64,000 bases of DNA. It comes from Schmidtea polychroa. Its lineage: Eukaryota. Of the stretch, positions 49,201-62,897 are shown in pieces. Each line of letters opens with the position of its first letter. The stretch's first letter is position 1. Position numbers and translations under genes: made by a program. Where the stretch lies: assembly GCA_044892525.1 (NCBI GenBank), contig CM097886.1, positions 183,074,312-183,138,311 on the forward strand. The letters are read 5' to 3'. The notes beneath the pieces are model-generated. The model ran no database searches. It was not told where the DNA came from and saw nothing but the letters and a program-made list of their open reading frames with translations.

Positions 49201-50469
49201 AAGGGAACTGCAGCAGCAATACAAAATCAGAAAGCGTATCACCAGTAAATATATCGACACCTTCAAATAGCCTCCATCTCACGCGTAAATGGCGCATGAT
49301 TGGATATTGCAATAATAATAACATCACAAATAATTATTTTCATTGCTTTAAATGAATTATTTCCAGTTTAATAATGAATATTATATTATAATTATATTTA
49401 TTTATTATTTGATAATATGGCAGCGCATGTAAGGCTACTTTATAAAGGTTATTTGCTAATCAATCGCTTCTGCTTGGGGAGCAAGATATTATATTTGATG
49501 GCCCATTGAAGCCATTATGACTGTTGCTGGTAGCAATTGCTGTGATTGTTATTGGCCGTTCTAGTGTTAGTTATCTAAATTGATAAATTATTGGCTGTTG
49601 GCAATGCAATTTGCTGCGGCGGCTGGTAAAGGGCAAGATCATATGATAATGCTGTCACATCGATATTGGCCATATCGGGCCTGCAGGGAGCTATTGCATT
49701 CTCACCCCGCTAACGGTTCCATTGACACCTCATTCTGTGCTCTCTTGCCTCTCACTAGAGCTCTCTGAGGCAATTCTCAATGGCATTTCATTCATTGCTC
49801 CTTATGCAATCCATTTCACATATTCAATTAACCAGATCGCAACTCACCAGATTTAATTGATATTTCATTATATAAAATGTTAATGTTTACTTTTGTTCGG
49901 CAATCGATTCGGCATTTCCGCTGCAGCAATAATTTCAATATTTCTGACTGCCCTCCCCTGCTAGCATAATGAATTGCTCTCCATCCCTGCAATTTATCAA
50001 TTAATTATTTATTTGCAATGATTATTTACCCCATTGCTCTCAGATTCCACATCGCAGTTGCTGTCAAGCAATAATTTCAATATTTCTGAATGCCCATTGC
50101 TGCTAGCATGATGAATCGCTCTGAATCCCTGCAATTTATCAATTGATTATTTATTTGCAATGATTATTTACCCCATTGCTCTCAGATTCCACATCGCAGT
50201 TGCTGTCAAGCAATAACCTGGCAATATCAACAAATCCCTCACGGCAAGCAATGTGAATGGGCAACCGGCCCTGAAATCAGAAACATTAACCCAATAATTC
50301 GCATTGCCAATCAATCTCACATAATCATCAACAATCCTATGCACAAATTCTCCCCTCAAATTATCCCTGACGCCCTCCACATTTCCCCTCATCAAGTGCT
50401 CCTTGAAACATTGAAAATCCCTGCAATGCAAATTATCCAATGCAAATCATAATCAATATTTCACCCCAT
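31278..50469 (-). CDS. Ankyrin-repeat / C3HC4 RING protein, copy 2; 22 exons (one extra repeat exon, one acceptor lost)
   Basis: Exons: 50469-50465, 50420-50321, 50270-50172, 50128-50030 (new), 49986-49891, 47696-47619, 47574-47491, 47448-47362, 47315-47250, 47206-47117, 47073-46984, 39352-39254, 39204-39100, 39059-38961, 38909-38811, 38766-38668 (AG changed to AA), 38612-38582, 32809-32514, 32472-32354, 32299-31705, 31662-31465, 31421-31278. No exonic stop or frameshift seen. Confidence 0.83.
34340..35299. mobile_element. 960-bp non-autonomous TA-target DNA transposon (Tc1/mariner-type MITE), unit 2 only
   Basis: Perfect 15-bp TIR CACCTAACCGCGAAA / TTTCGCGGTTAGGTG with a TA duplication; unit 1 has a single TA at 3969-3970; no convincing ORF. 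Confidence 0.93.
35474..35876 (+). pseudogene. Actin pseudogene fragment (copy 2)
   Basis: Near-identical to 4143-4545. Confidence 0.92.
35930..38329 (-). mobile_element. Full-length 2400-bp hAT transposon (SPIN/Charlie/Buster type), unit 2 only
   Basis: 12-bp TIR CAGGGGTGCCCA / TGGGCACCCCTG, 8-bp TSD TTCTAGAT, and subterminal palindrome CGCGATCTACCGGTAGATCGCG. Confidence 0.96.
36142..37956 (-). pseudogene. GTF2IRD2/SPIN-like hAT transposase split by two 1-bp frameshifts
   Basis: CCCLIC...[45 protein letters not shown] and [12 protein letters not shown]; frameshifts near 37696 and 36298. Confidence 0.9.
40234..42252. mobile_element. Copy-2 integrase, Tc1 and hAT remnants
   Basis: Colinear with 6500-8517. 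Confidence 0.8.
42270..44644 (+). mobile_element. Gypsy 5' part, copy 2, with an extra frameshift in pol
   Basis: Colinear with 8535-10917; a net 8-bp loss near 44233 splits pol. Confidence 0.92.
44645..46087 (+). mobile_element. Penelope-like element, copy 2
   Basis: Colinear with 10918-12360; AAA changed to TAA at 45485 within the GIY-YIG region. Confidence 0.92.
45979..46021 (+). ncRNA. Minimal hammerhead ribozyme (copy 2)
   Basis: Identical to 12252-12294. Confidence 0.75.
46273..46673 (-). mobile_element. IS630/Tc1-like remnant, copy 2
   Basis: Same translation as 12546-12946. Confidence 0.65.
48427..49330 (+). mobile_element. piggyBac remnant with the 68-bp x6 array (48817-49216), copy 2
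   Basis: Colinear with 14700-15620; 15 bp shorter at the array end. Confidence 0.8.
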
Positions 50470-52019
50470 CTTGATATTTCCTTTCTGTTTTATCTATCAA
50501 TTAATTCAAAAATCAATAAATTTAATTATAATTTAATTAACAAGTTCAAAATCAAAAAATCTTACTTCCTAAAATCCAAATGAAATCAATTAAATAGCAG
50601 CCAATCAATTCTCAAGGCCAAATTATAAATTTGAAGCGATAAAACAAATCAATTGCAATCAATAATAAATGTAATATATATAATGGAATTGTCAGGCTGA
50701 TAAAATTGATATTCAATATTCAATGCGACAACCGAGCGATCTGACGGATTCCCCCGATGCGGCAATTATTATCAATGATTACAACATTCCATGGAGCTGC
50801 AAATATTATTATTATTATTCTTTGGTAACTTTCAAGTAATTTCCAATTATAATTTGCAAGCATTACACAAATGCCTAAATATTATTTTAAATGCTCAATT
50901 ATATCCACTCAAATCCTCATGCTAATAAATAACAATATTAATAACAATTTTATACAAATCATTTAATTGCTTTATAATTGCTGATATTTCATAACATCAC
51001 ATATAATTGTTACATAAAATGAATAAATTTATTAATTAAATAATAAATCAAATAGAAATTATATTAATAAATACAAAGATGAAAAACATAAAAAATTAAA
51101 CATTTGAATAATTATAAAAGCCAACATAATTATATAAACAAATATACAAAAATATTATAATGGTAATATAATTGAAAGCACATTAACGCAAAACAAATAT
51201 ATTTCACTAAAACTGGAAATAATAATGCTTAAATTAAATCAGCAAATGTTTAACAAAAAATATCATAATATTCTAAAAATTTAAATATTTTAATTTCAAA
51301 TATATAATGCATTAGTAAGATGGGAAACTACTTACAAAATTATTAAAAGTTTGTTTAAAATTAATGGTTTTTTGAATTTGACTTTGGAATTTGATTTACT
51401 GTTCACCTCTTAAGTGGTAATTGATAACATTTTTGTGAACATAATTTTTCAAAGTTTCTCTATGTCTCAATTCGAATTTGGAATTTTCAGTTTTCATCAT
51501 TATTTACAATCGTCTTTCTTCCAAAAGTGTATTGTTGGTTTCTGAACTATGCCGAAATTCCGAGCATTTTGAAAGCTACAGAATATTATTATTTTTACTT
51601 CATGATTCATTAGTCGAGAACACTTCAGATCTATTTCAGGACGAGGAGATTTTAATCGGTTTTTCCTTATTAGTTTCATTCATTAAATTGCTTCAAGTTA
51701 CGATCAAGGACATTTTGGATTGGTACTTATTCTGAGGATCCATAAAAACTCGAGGTTTCGAGCTTATATGATATCACTGGAGTAATTACAAGATATAATT
51801 CTGCGTTCAATAAGGCTCATTTATAATTATTCATCTGACAATTCCACTCATATTTCATTAATGATTTTGCCAATCATGACAGAAAATAGCTATTTTAGCT
51901 CCTCGGTTTATAAAAAATTGATCAAAGATTGAACCGTAAATAATAAAGCAATTGTTGGGTCGCTTAGGGGTGTGTCATTTTATTGCTAAAATGTTTTAGG
52001 GGTATTATATGTAAGGAAT

Positions 52020-55000
52020 TGACTCCTTTCTAAACGCCTTAATGACTATTGTACTTTAGACCATCTGTGTACCCATGTCAGAGGTGTACGCAATGATTGA
52101 AAATCAATGACCAGGTGAGCTCTATTGCTAAAATTACTCCTTATTGCATTTTCTTTTCAGATTCTGGAATCCGATAAAAAGTCTTACGTCATTATTCAGT
52201 ATCTGTTCTATCGCTAGATCATTGTCATGTTTTCATTTAACTGTGGTCTTCATTGCCCATTTCAATAATCTATTTTATGTATCCTTATGATTCTATAGCC
52301 CTTCAAATGTTTTATGGTCTGTTCTAATAACTACCTCTGTTCTATATATATGGCCTAAATTATTTCTATTGTTGAATATCTTAATTGGGCACCTTTTAAC
52401 GTTTTACTTGCATTAGCTATTACATAAACTTTACATTTTTCTTCTTCTTGTATTAAGACTGCCCCTACGGCTTTACCGCTGGCGTCAGTCATAACTATAA
52501 ATTGTTTTTTAAAGTCTGGGTATCTTAATATTGGTGCAGTTACTAATTTTTCGTTTATTGATCAATGTTTTTGATGTTTTGCTGTCCATTTCTTTTGTGG
52601 TTTATTGATTTTATCGTTTATACTTTGTACTATGAACACATTTTTACTTTCTCCCTTGGTTTTTATTCCTTTAGTTAATTCTATCATCGGTGCTTCTATT
52701 TTTGCATACTCTTGTATAAATTTACGATAATACCTTGTTAAACCTAAAAATCCTTGCACTTGTAATGTTTTTGGGACTGGAAACTTTTTTACAGCTTCAA
52801 TTTTATCTGGGTTTAGTGTTATGCCCTCCACACTAACAATATGTTCCAAATATAACGCTGAGGGCTCCGCCCATTTACATTTAGTTGATTTAATCTTTAT
52901 CTTTGTCTTTCTTAATCGCTGTAATACGTTTGTAATGTCTTTTAAATGTTCCTCAAATGTTTTTGATGATATTAGTATGTCGTCCATGTAAACTGCGCAA
53001 TGATGTACACCTACTAATATTGTATTCATTAAACGCTGGAAGGTTGATGGTGCATTGGTTAACCCAAAAGGTAATCTTTATTTGCATAAATGGCTGAAAA
53101 ATATTTAGAGTCTCTTAATTTATCAAATTGTTCTTGTGCTTTTGGAAATGGGTATGAGTCTTTTACTGTTACGTCATTTAGTTTATGATAGTCAATGCAC
53201 ATTCTTATTTCTCCATCTTTTTTTCTAACTGGTACTATTGGTAGTGCCCATTGTGAAAAACTTTGTTTAATTACACCTGCCTGTTTTAATTCTTTAATTT
53301 TTCGTTTTATTTCCTCCTTCAATTTATAAGGTACTCATTAGGGTCTTTGTTTTATGGGTCTATCATTATCTGTATCTATCACATGTCTAATGATGTCTGT
53401 ATCTCCTAAATTAAATTCATGTTTAGCAAAAACATCGTTACATTCATCAATTAAGGTTTCTAATTGTGATTGTTGATTTTCATTTAAATATTTATTATCA
53501 ATTTTTACTTTATCGTAGAATTTTATGTTATTTGGTTTAACCAGTTCGACAACGTTTTCACTCGTATTCTCCGTTATTCACATCTCACTTATTTCAATAA
53601 TTTGTTCTGCTTTTCCTTTAAATAGCTTTCATAGTTTTGTATCTTTATGTATTTTTATATTATTATTTTCATAATTTGCAAATCGTATCAGGATTATTCC
53701 GTTTTTTGGAGTTACACACTCGTCTATCAGCATACATTGTGATTTTTTGTGATTGCCGTAACAAGCTCAAAAATAAAAGTGTCCTCACTTTTGATATTAA
53801 CTTTTACAGGAACTATATGACTACATTTGTATTCTAGCTCTAAACCTTCTAAAACGATTACCTCTGAAAATTTTGCGTTACGGTGGTTTGCTTTCCTTTT
53901 AACTGTACTATTTGTTAAATCTATCACACAATTTTCTAGTTTATTAAGTATGTCCATTCCAAGAACACATAAGCTTTTGCACTCCTCAGCGACTTTAATA
54001 TATATGATTTATTGTTTGACTTGCCAAATGGGCAGTTAGCTCAATGTTTTCTTTTAATGGAATATCGTGTGCTGACAATGATACCACTCTTTCTCTTGTC
54101 GTTACAATATTTTTCTTTTGATTCTCTGTTAATTAACCCTCTCTTATCAATGATGCTGCTGCTCCTGTATCAACTTGAGCATATATGCTTATAATATCTA
54201 TTGTTATTTGAAGTAGTGGTCTTGCTTCATTTGCCGATCCCCATAGGTCATTTATGCAAAGTTCCAAACTATAGCACCCGTATATATTTTCTGGGTATAC
54301 CATGACAACCTTTGCTTAGTTTTGGCATCTTAATTTCAATATTATTTTCCATTTCTTTTAATAAATCTCTTTGATTATCGTATAGGCCTTTGCTTGGCTG
54401 TTGTTCTGATTCTTCCGGGTTTCTTCATCTTTTTCTATGATCATTATTTGCTGCTAGTCTTCTCTTTGTCTTTTTATTAATCGGATCTATTTGTCATGTT
54501 TTGCTGTTATTAAATATTTCGCTATGAATGGACAAAAACATGCTATTAGCTTGTACGAATTTCCAAACACTTGTCTGAGCTACTTTAATGACACTAATGA
54601 TGGGCAAATCATTTTCAATAGAGTCACTGTATAGTATATTCATAATATTGCTGAGAACATGTTTCCGAGGATTGCGAAATATCCCAATATAATATATAAT
54701 ATTTGGTATAATACTCAGTATACCACCATTTTTTAAATGTTCCTCTACCTGAGTAGTTTCCATATATACTTCATAATCATTGTAATTGCTCCGTTTATGA
54801 CCTAATTGGTTTTGACTTCCTTAGTTATCGTTCTTAATTAGTTATTTCTGTTGACCATTTTAGTAATTCCCCTTCTTCTGTTTACTCTCGTTTATCCTAC
54901 TGTTTAGATAATTGCTCTCTAAATTCTCAAATTGTTTATTTCCCCAAATTGCCGCGCTCAGGTTTTCTTCATCGCTCGGGTTCTCCATTGGCTCGGACTT

Positions 55001-55290
55001 CCCATTAGCTCCGGTTATCCATTAGTCAATTAATTAATAGTTTGTGTTTTTCCATATTTGGCTGTTTTTCGACCTTTCTAAACATTTTCTAACAATTTAT
55101 TGCTCACTGTTCTTCATTATTCCCAAATCTACAGCTGTCCCGTTTTTCAGCTTCAATTTCGATAACATTTCACTTTATCCCACTTCCTCAGATTTGCAAA
55201 TGTTTCTATTTCGTGTCTGATTGTACTATTTTATAGTTCTGTTTTTGTCATATCTTTCTTTGCCATTAATTCTCCGCTTGATCACCATTC
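52020..55290 (-). mobile_element. Second Gypsy remnant, copy 2
   Basis: Colinear with 18150-21420. Confidence 0.88.
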
Positions 55291-55649
55291 TCTTTCGTTC
55301 AATTTTGGTTTTCTTTTTACTCGAAATTATTTAATTTAACGTAATTTAATAATTCACTTTTACAACCTCATCATAAATAATATTTGTAAATATTATATTA
55401 ATAATTAAACATTAGGTAAAATTATAATATAATTATATAATTGAAATTAATAGAAATATTGTAGAATGATGTTTTCTTGCTTTATATATTGTTGGTGTAA
55501 AATAATCCTCTTGTTTTGTACTGGACAAGACCCATGCTCAAAATAATCAACGTTTTACGGATTTCGTAATGTGACAAATTTTTTTGGGGTACTCGAACCA
55601 AAATATATAGTCAAATTATCAACAGTATCCGGAGGTTATATTTTCTGAG

Positions 55650-55973
55650 TTTCACACCCAGCTTCTGAATGTTATCTCAATTGTGAAGAATGAATTGAAG
55701 GAAAAGATATAAATTAAAACATTTGCGGAATTACTTCTTACAAAATATAGCTTTTTAAAAAGTGAATTTTCGGAAATCTTTATAGCTTTCATGTTGTTTT
55801 TACACTTTCTGTTACAGGAGCTTTTCTATACAGAGAGGATATTTAGCAAATTCAACATTATCAAAGATTACAAAAGAAATTCTATTGTCCAAACTAGACT
55901 ACGTGATCTTGCTATCCTAAACATAGAACATGCAGAAGCAGATAAAATGGATCTCAAAGACCTTGGCAGTTGA
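55650..55973 (+). mobile_element. hAT dimerisation-domain remnant, copy 2
   Basis: Same translation as copy 1. Confidence 0.75.
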
Positions 55974-56902
55974 CGTTCCACACGGGATGTTTATATTCTC
56001 ACGATGAAATGTTCTTATGAAATATGTAATTAAGTTCCATTATCGCAGTTGTCGCAGACCGGATGTCTACGTGATGGATGAGATGGTAAACCTAATCTCG
56101 TAATACAGAATCGAATACATGTGCTTTTGAATTTTTTCCTTGGGAAAATACGATGGAGCAATGAAATGGTCGTGTATGCTTCTTGGAATAATAAAATTTA
56201 CTGATATCGGAAATTGGCTTGGAAAAATCTATCTAGCAAGATGCAAAGAAGTCGAAAATTCAGAATTGGAGTCTAAAAAGAAAATCCTATTCATTGAACC
56301 GATGATATTTAATGTCTAATCGTTGTGAAGGTAGTCATGGAAAAATTCGTTTCCAATTGTTGACGAGTGCATCATCATCGAGGAGTGGAGATTTGCTCAT
56401 AGACTAAAGGTAATATTCCGTGTAGTGAGAAGTCGTTGCCTCGGTATCACCATTCATGCGGATCAACTGAGAACTACTGACACAAGTGCCATCAATTCTC
56501 AATCAACCCCCCGAACGGGTCAAACCACATCTATAAATCATATTAAGTTATAAAAAATTCTCAATGCAAATGTTTAATACATTTATATGAAAAATTCAAA
56601 TAGTTATAAGTTCAATCAAGGTCAATATTCAGCAGTTATCTCGCCCAAGATGGAATCCTACGAAAGTTTCTCTCTCCCACAGCACAATAAATTTCTCATT
56701 TCAGACTTATTATCACACGTCTCTCCATCATGCCTCTATTTTCTCATCTCCTTCCTTTAGTTGGTCATCTCATTCGATTTCCATAGATGTCGGATTTATC
56801 CCCTCATCTTCACATGTCCATGCGATTTCCCAATGTCCTACAAAAGTTTCTGACATTCAACTATTTTCTTTCTTACTCAGTCCAATTTCTAGTGGCTGTG
56901 AT

Positions 56903-59697
56903 TAGGGAATCCATTTTTTAACAAAAACCGAATTCCGGAATTTTCGGATTTACGTAAGATGAAATTCAGAATTCCAGAATTATTCTGGAATTGAAAAATA
57001 AAAAGTCAAGAGCAAAAAAAATGTTAATCAGCATAAATTTATTTCAAAGTAAACAAAGAAAATTTTTATTTTTGTATTAATATTAATAAAAAAAACATAA
57101 ACAAAACAAATTCAATATTTAAAAATATATAATATAAAAATAAAATTTTATGTTTGCTTTTTGAAGAAGCTTCTCAGCATACACAAATTGTCCAATGTAG
57201 TATCATTAAATCTTTACCTAATTTTTGTTGAAAATGCTCCAGCGGCGGAAAAGGCTCTCTCTGCTTCAACACTTGTTGGGGGAATACACAAAAGGTTTTG
57301 TAAATTATTTCCAAAAATGGTCCACGAAATACACCTTCGTCCCAAAATTTTAATTCATTTCGAATCGCAAATTGAATTGATATTTTTTTTTAAAGTTTTT
57401 GTAGTCGGCTGTAAAAGTGACTGCTGGATTTTTTGCTGCAACAATTTCTGTAAGGAGGGCTGCGTTTCACTTTCAAAAGATTCGTTGGGTTCAAATACTA
57501 AATCAGAATCAGACTCGGAATCCGTTGAATCAACTTCAGCAGTAATTTCATCATTAAGTCGCCGGGCCAGTAATAGAATAATTTTATTTATTTCTGTTTT
57601 CGAGTGACCGGAAATGCTCTTGTGAATTTCTGTTTTGCCACCATTATGCAAATATTGTAGCACATCAGATAAAATAGTTCTTCTCCGATTGAACTGGAGT
57701 TCTATCTCTTTTTTCAATTCAAGGGCAAATTCGTCATTCTCACTAAAATTTTGTAACATAAACGTAAATGTTGCATCCGCAGAAATTAAATTAGCATCTG
57801 CACGGCATAAGGCGTCTACGGTTAATTTTACTGGCATCAAATTTTTAGATATTCGTGATACCGAATCCCATTCTGATTCATATAAAATTATGTCCGTTTC
57901 AATGTCAATTAATGCTTTTTTAATGAACTTTTCAAAATATTAAAACGCTCTAACATAGACAACATGCTATTGCATCTAGTTTTCGAATCTAACACAAGCT
58001 GTAATTCTTTTTTATGATCTTGCTTCACGTATTTTTGAAGCACTTCTTTTTTCAAAGAAGAACGACGAAAGGTTTTAACAATTTTCCGAACTTTTGTGAT
58101 TATTGCTCGTAGTTGAAAGTTTTCAGTTGTTTCCAAAACATCAGTTTCAATTCCCATATCTACCCGCATTCCATTGTCATCATCCTCATCATCAGTAAGA
58201 TTTTCTTCATCTAACTCAAAGTTCCGTTCATTTTCATTATTGTCCTGCTCTACTTCGTTTTCTGTTGCATTATCTACTAAATCCAACGTTTGCTTTTTAT
58301 AGAGTACATTACCAATTGCAATTTGAATTGCATGAGCAAAACATAAAATTTGTTCGCAGGGTAACAATCTACCAACTTTTTGCATCATGGAGGTACTATC
58401 TCTAACAATGCACAAAATATCATTTCCAATATTTAATTGGCATGATTCAAGCTTTTTTTCCAGCAATTTTATACAATCTTTAGACGCAAATCGGCCATTT
58501 TTACGAGCCAATCCCAAATTCCAGACCCGATCTCCTGATCCATGCACGTTAATATTTCGAGAAGAAGTCCATTCGTCAAGTGTCAGATTGAAACGTACGT
58601 TTCTGTTTTTTTCAGAAATAATTCCCGAAATTATCGACTGCCGAATTTTTTTGCTGTAATCCATCACGACTTTTTGTATACTGGTAGATGATTTCGGAAT
58701 ATCACAAAATCCCCGCGTTCGTAAACATTTTCTTAAATCGTCTGAACTACAAAATATGCGAAACGGTAATCCGTCTGAAGCTACCATTCGAGATATTACT
58801 GCGGCAAAACTTTCGTCTACTTTTGAAATATAAAAATCTTTAATCGTTTTGATTTTTGTAGTTAAATCGCCGGTATTCGCACCAGCAGCATCCGTATCAT
58901 CAATTTTTCGTTTATTTAAAATCTTGTTATGTTTAGTCCGCAGATGGGTGCGCATGGGTGTCGTACACCCACCCAATATCTTTAAAGCCTTCCTACATTG
59001 TGTACATTTCGCCACTTGAGTTTTTGTCCCTCGTAAAAAATGAGTCCACACCGAATTTGAAGTACTCTCTTTGGAGACATCTATAAAAATTGTGTCTTGC
59101 TTATCCGCATTCCTTGGGATTAAACATATGTACACAAGAAATATATGAAATTTTGAAACTAATAAAACCTACCTATATCAAATGCTACCGTGAAGAATTG
59201 AACTTGAATGGTTAATTAAATATTTATATTATTAAAATAAAATGAAATGATTTGCTGATTAGTAAATTTAATATTAAATATTAGACAAGAGGACGTTATT
59301 AAAATGATAATGATTTACTGTTTATTTATACTAAATTTACTATTACACTTAAATATAACATATAACACAACACAACAAAGGAAAAAACATTTCTATTATG
59401 ATATAATTTCACAAAAAATTTAAATGTCAAAACGAATAACATTATTTTTATTTCTCATGGCAAACTGTTTGTATTTTTTTTTAAAAATAAATCGTTACAA
59501 TACAAGGTAATAATATAGTTTTTTTGTATAATTTTTTGTCAGTCGCTGGAATTCCGTGTAATTTGTTAAAAACAAAAAAAATATTTAAATGCGAATAATC
59601 CGGAATTCGATTCATTTCAATTCCGGAATTTCGAATATAAAAAACAAGGCGGAATTTCGGAATTCCGAAATTTCGAAATCCGGATTTGGATTCCCTA
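56903..59697 (-). mobile_element. hAT (Ac-like, BED finger) transposon, copy 2
   Basis: Same TIRs; the 408-aa ORF 59135-57909 lacks the frameshift seen near 24240 in copy 1 but is broken downstream. Confidence 0.9.
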
Positions 59698-60494
59698 CTG
59701 GTGACGCTTTCTCTACTCAGTCTTTATTCCCATTAGGTTGACTTTTCAAACCTCTCGTGACTGGCGACGCTTTCCCTACTCAGCCTTACTTATTCTTATT
59801 TGACTTTTCAAACCTCTCGATACTGGCGGCGCTTTCCTTACTCATTGTTATTTAATTTAAGCTGATTTTTCTAGTTTCTATTACTATCCTCTTTTTGTGT
59901 GTTTTCTATCGTTACTGGTTCAAGTCCTAGGTTCACTATACTATTGTCTTTAGTCCTTACGTTGTGTCCTTTTATAAACGTTTATTTCCCCTACTGTAGG
60001 TCCCAAAATTCCTCTTTTTGTTACTCTTCCGGGTTTTCCCCACTCTCCTAACTCGGATGCGAAACACTCGCACTGGTCGGTCTCCGATCGTGTGGTGGAT
60101 CAGTCACACGCAGAAACGTTCCAGTAGATGCGATGGGCTCTGTTCCATATCTTTCGTCAGGACAGTTGGTATTTCCCTGCGCCTTATCCACACTACGCTG
60201 AGTGAAGCTCATGGGTCGTGGATTTGTCAAACAAGAAAAACAGAAATAAAGAAAAGGAATGGAACAATTAATCCTATATCCCTACATATCTCTACATTTA
60301 TTATATATCATTTTGATTTGGGTGTATACACCGATGTAAGAAATTATTTATGTATTATTAGTCTTATTCTTGGCACTCTGTTCTTCCAATACCATCTCTT
60401 TTCAATGTTGTCTTGGTTCTTCCTACCATACGGATCTTTTATAACATAGGTTATCACTATCCGCCTGAAACCTTTCTCATATCTCATTTTGTTG

Positions 60495-60660
60495 CATAAT
60501 ATTGCTAATCATATAACAGTCCTGAATTACCGTGCTAATAATTCGTTGTTTTCTCCTTTACGCAACAGGAAAAACACAGATACATGTGTTCCATTAATCG
60601 TTCCATCTCCATCTGGATATATTTTTAAATTCCACTTGTAACCATTTTTCTATGAATATA
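60495..60660 (-). pseudogene. TRAF-type MATH fragment, copy 2
   Basis: Colinear with 26560-26725. Confidence 0.7.
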
Positions 60661-61291
60661 ATGCTAGATTAGTTATAGCTATTTATGTACTGTTTTCCGC
60701 TCGTTGCATTTTCCTTTTTACATCCGGTATTCTCCGTTAAGTTCTCTAGATGTATTCCTTTATCCAGTACTATTCATAAAAATGAGCAAGTACTAGCCTT
60801 TCCACAATGTTACCCATCCTGGATTCGCATTCGCAGCGGTTAGCCTTTAAGAGACGATTCGATTATCTCTAGGTCAAAGTCTTGATTAAGATTCTCTTTA
60901 TTTGATATTTGGTGCCTTATTATTTATTGTGTTTTGTTATATTTTTATTTGAATGCCTTTTTAATAGACTTTTGCTGTTCCGACTTTCCAATTTATCATC
61001 ATGCATTTTGACATCCTTGGGTACTCCACCCTTGGATTGGTGTGTGTACAGAATACAAAATATTAGTACTATTAATTGGCTAGATACTCATGATAATTAA
61101 TCGTGATTATTACTCGAGGTAATTTGATCTTTCATGTAGCCTCTAATCCACACATTCATATAATCACCCATCCCTCTTTTAGAGTACGTTCCAAAAGAAT
61201 TCCGTTCTATGAGAACTATCACTGGATCCATTCATCTATTCACGATTCTGGTAATATTCAAAAATTAACATTTGATAAATCAGTAACATCA

Positions 61292-61433
61292 NNNNNNNNN
61301 NNNNNNNNNNNNNNNNNNNNNNNNNNNNNNNNNNNNNNNNNNNNNNNNNNNNNNNNNNNNNNNNNNNNNNNNNNNNNNNNNNNNNNNNNNNNNNNNNNNN
61401 NNNNNNNNNNNNNNNNNNNNNNNNNNNNNNNNN
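61292..61433. other. Assembly gap (142 N)
   Basis: N run at the site orthologous to 27341-28154. Confidence 1.
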
Positions 61434-62897
61434 CCTAAACAAACTGTTAACTCATTACTTAATCATTCAAAAAAATTACCAAGAAAAAGAATTTTTATTT
61501 ACTTTCATAAAAAATTAACCTAGCTTACTTACAAAATTCCGATTTTTGAATTGGTTCTATTAATCAAATCTTCATTAGCGAGGAAAATATTCGAGATTCA
61601 GTTTGATAATCTATATTCCAAATAAATTTAATCCGAAATTGAGTAAGATAATTCATTCCATTCCAGAAACATTTTTCATTAGCAAGCCCGTTCACTCGAT
61701 CAACAAACGCGAACTGAAATAAATCGTGCTTTCAAGTGAGACCAACCATAATTTCCACGAATCGATTATCGTATCCAACAGAAACGACATTTATTTTACT
61801 ACATTCCATTCGATTTGACCAGAGACAGTGAATATTTAACTTATCCTTCTAAAAATATTTGAGTAGGGTTCAGCCCTTATTTCCAAGTTAATAAAGGTTG
61901 TTCCACGTTTCCCATAATATTTAAATTATTCTTCAAAAATTTTGAGCAGGATCCCTAAGTGTGACCAAAATTACTTCCAGCGACGGACCCGTGGGAGGTA
62001 GGGTATGATGGTCATATCCTCGGTCTAAGGTGGTCCTCAACCTTCTAAGGGTCAAAAACCGTCGAATTTTGTCAAACCTTATAATATAAACATAATTCGA
62101 AAAGTATTTAAGAGGCGAATATGATGGTCATACTCTCTAAAGTTTATGGTGGGTCAATAACCTTCAAAGGGTGTCCAAAAAATATATATATCATTCAAAA
62201 GGCTTTTGATGGCAAGTTCAAAGGTCATACCTTCGAAGGGTCCAAGGTGCAAAAATTTTAAAATTTTATAATATACATATCAAATAAAAGACATTTGTGA
62301 TGTAAGTATCAAGAGCATATTTTCAAAGGTTGATGAAGGGTCCTGAACCTTCAAAGCTATAAAAACCTTGAAGGGGTCAAAAACCTTTAAACTCTTATAT
62401 ATTTCTAGAAGGCCTTAACAAGGCATTCTTGCTCCTTGTGCGGTTCATATATCTGGCGCTCCTAAAACCCGAATTCAAAACAGCCTACCATAATAAATAT
62501 AATCTTCATGTTGAAAATGATAACTATGTAATCATCTCCAGCTACTATAATAGGTGGTAATGCTCTGAAAATTCTGATGCTAATTTGAAAAAATGAATAA
62601 TAGAAGCTTTAAAAATTAAAAAATTTTAGTGTTTAGTTTTGAATTATAGAGAATATTTAATAATAAAAAAATTTTTTTTAATTTTTAAAAATTTTCAAAA
62701 AAAAGTTGATTAATTTTAACCAATGAATTAACCAATGCAATGAAATAAAAGAGAAAATCAAAAATCTTTTTAAAAATAGAAGAAACGAAATTCCTGGAAA
62801 TTGACAAGGGATATCTTAAAGTGGAAAATCTTTAATTTGTATTAAATATATTATTTGTAGCAAAAAGCTTAAAATATCATTTAATTGTTTAATATTA

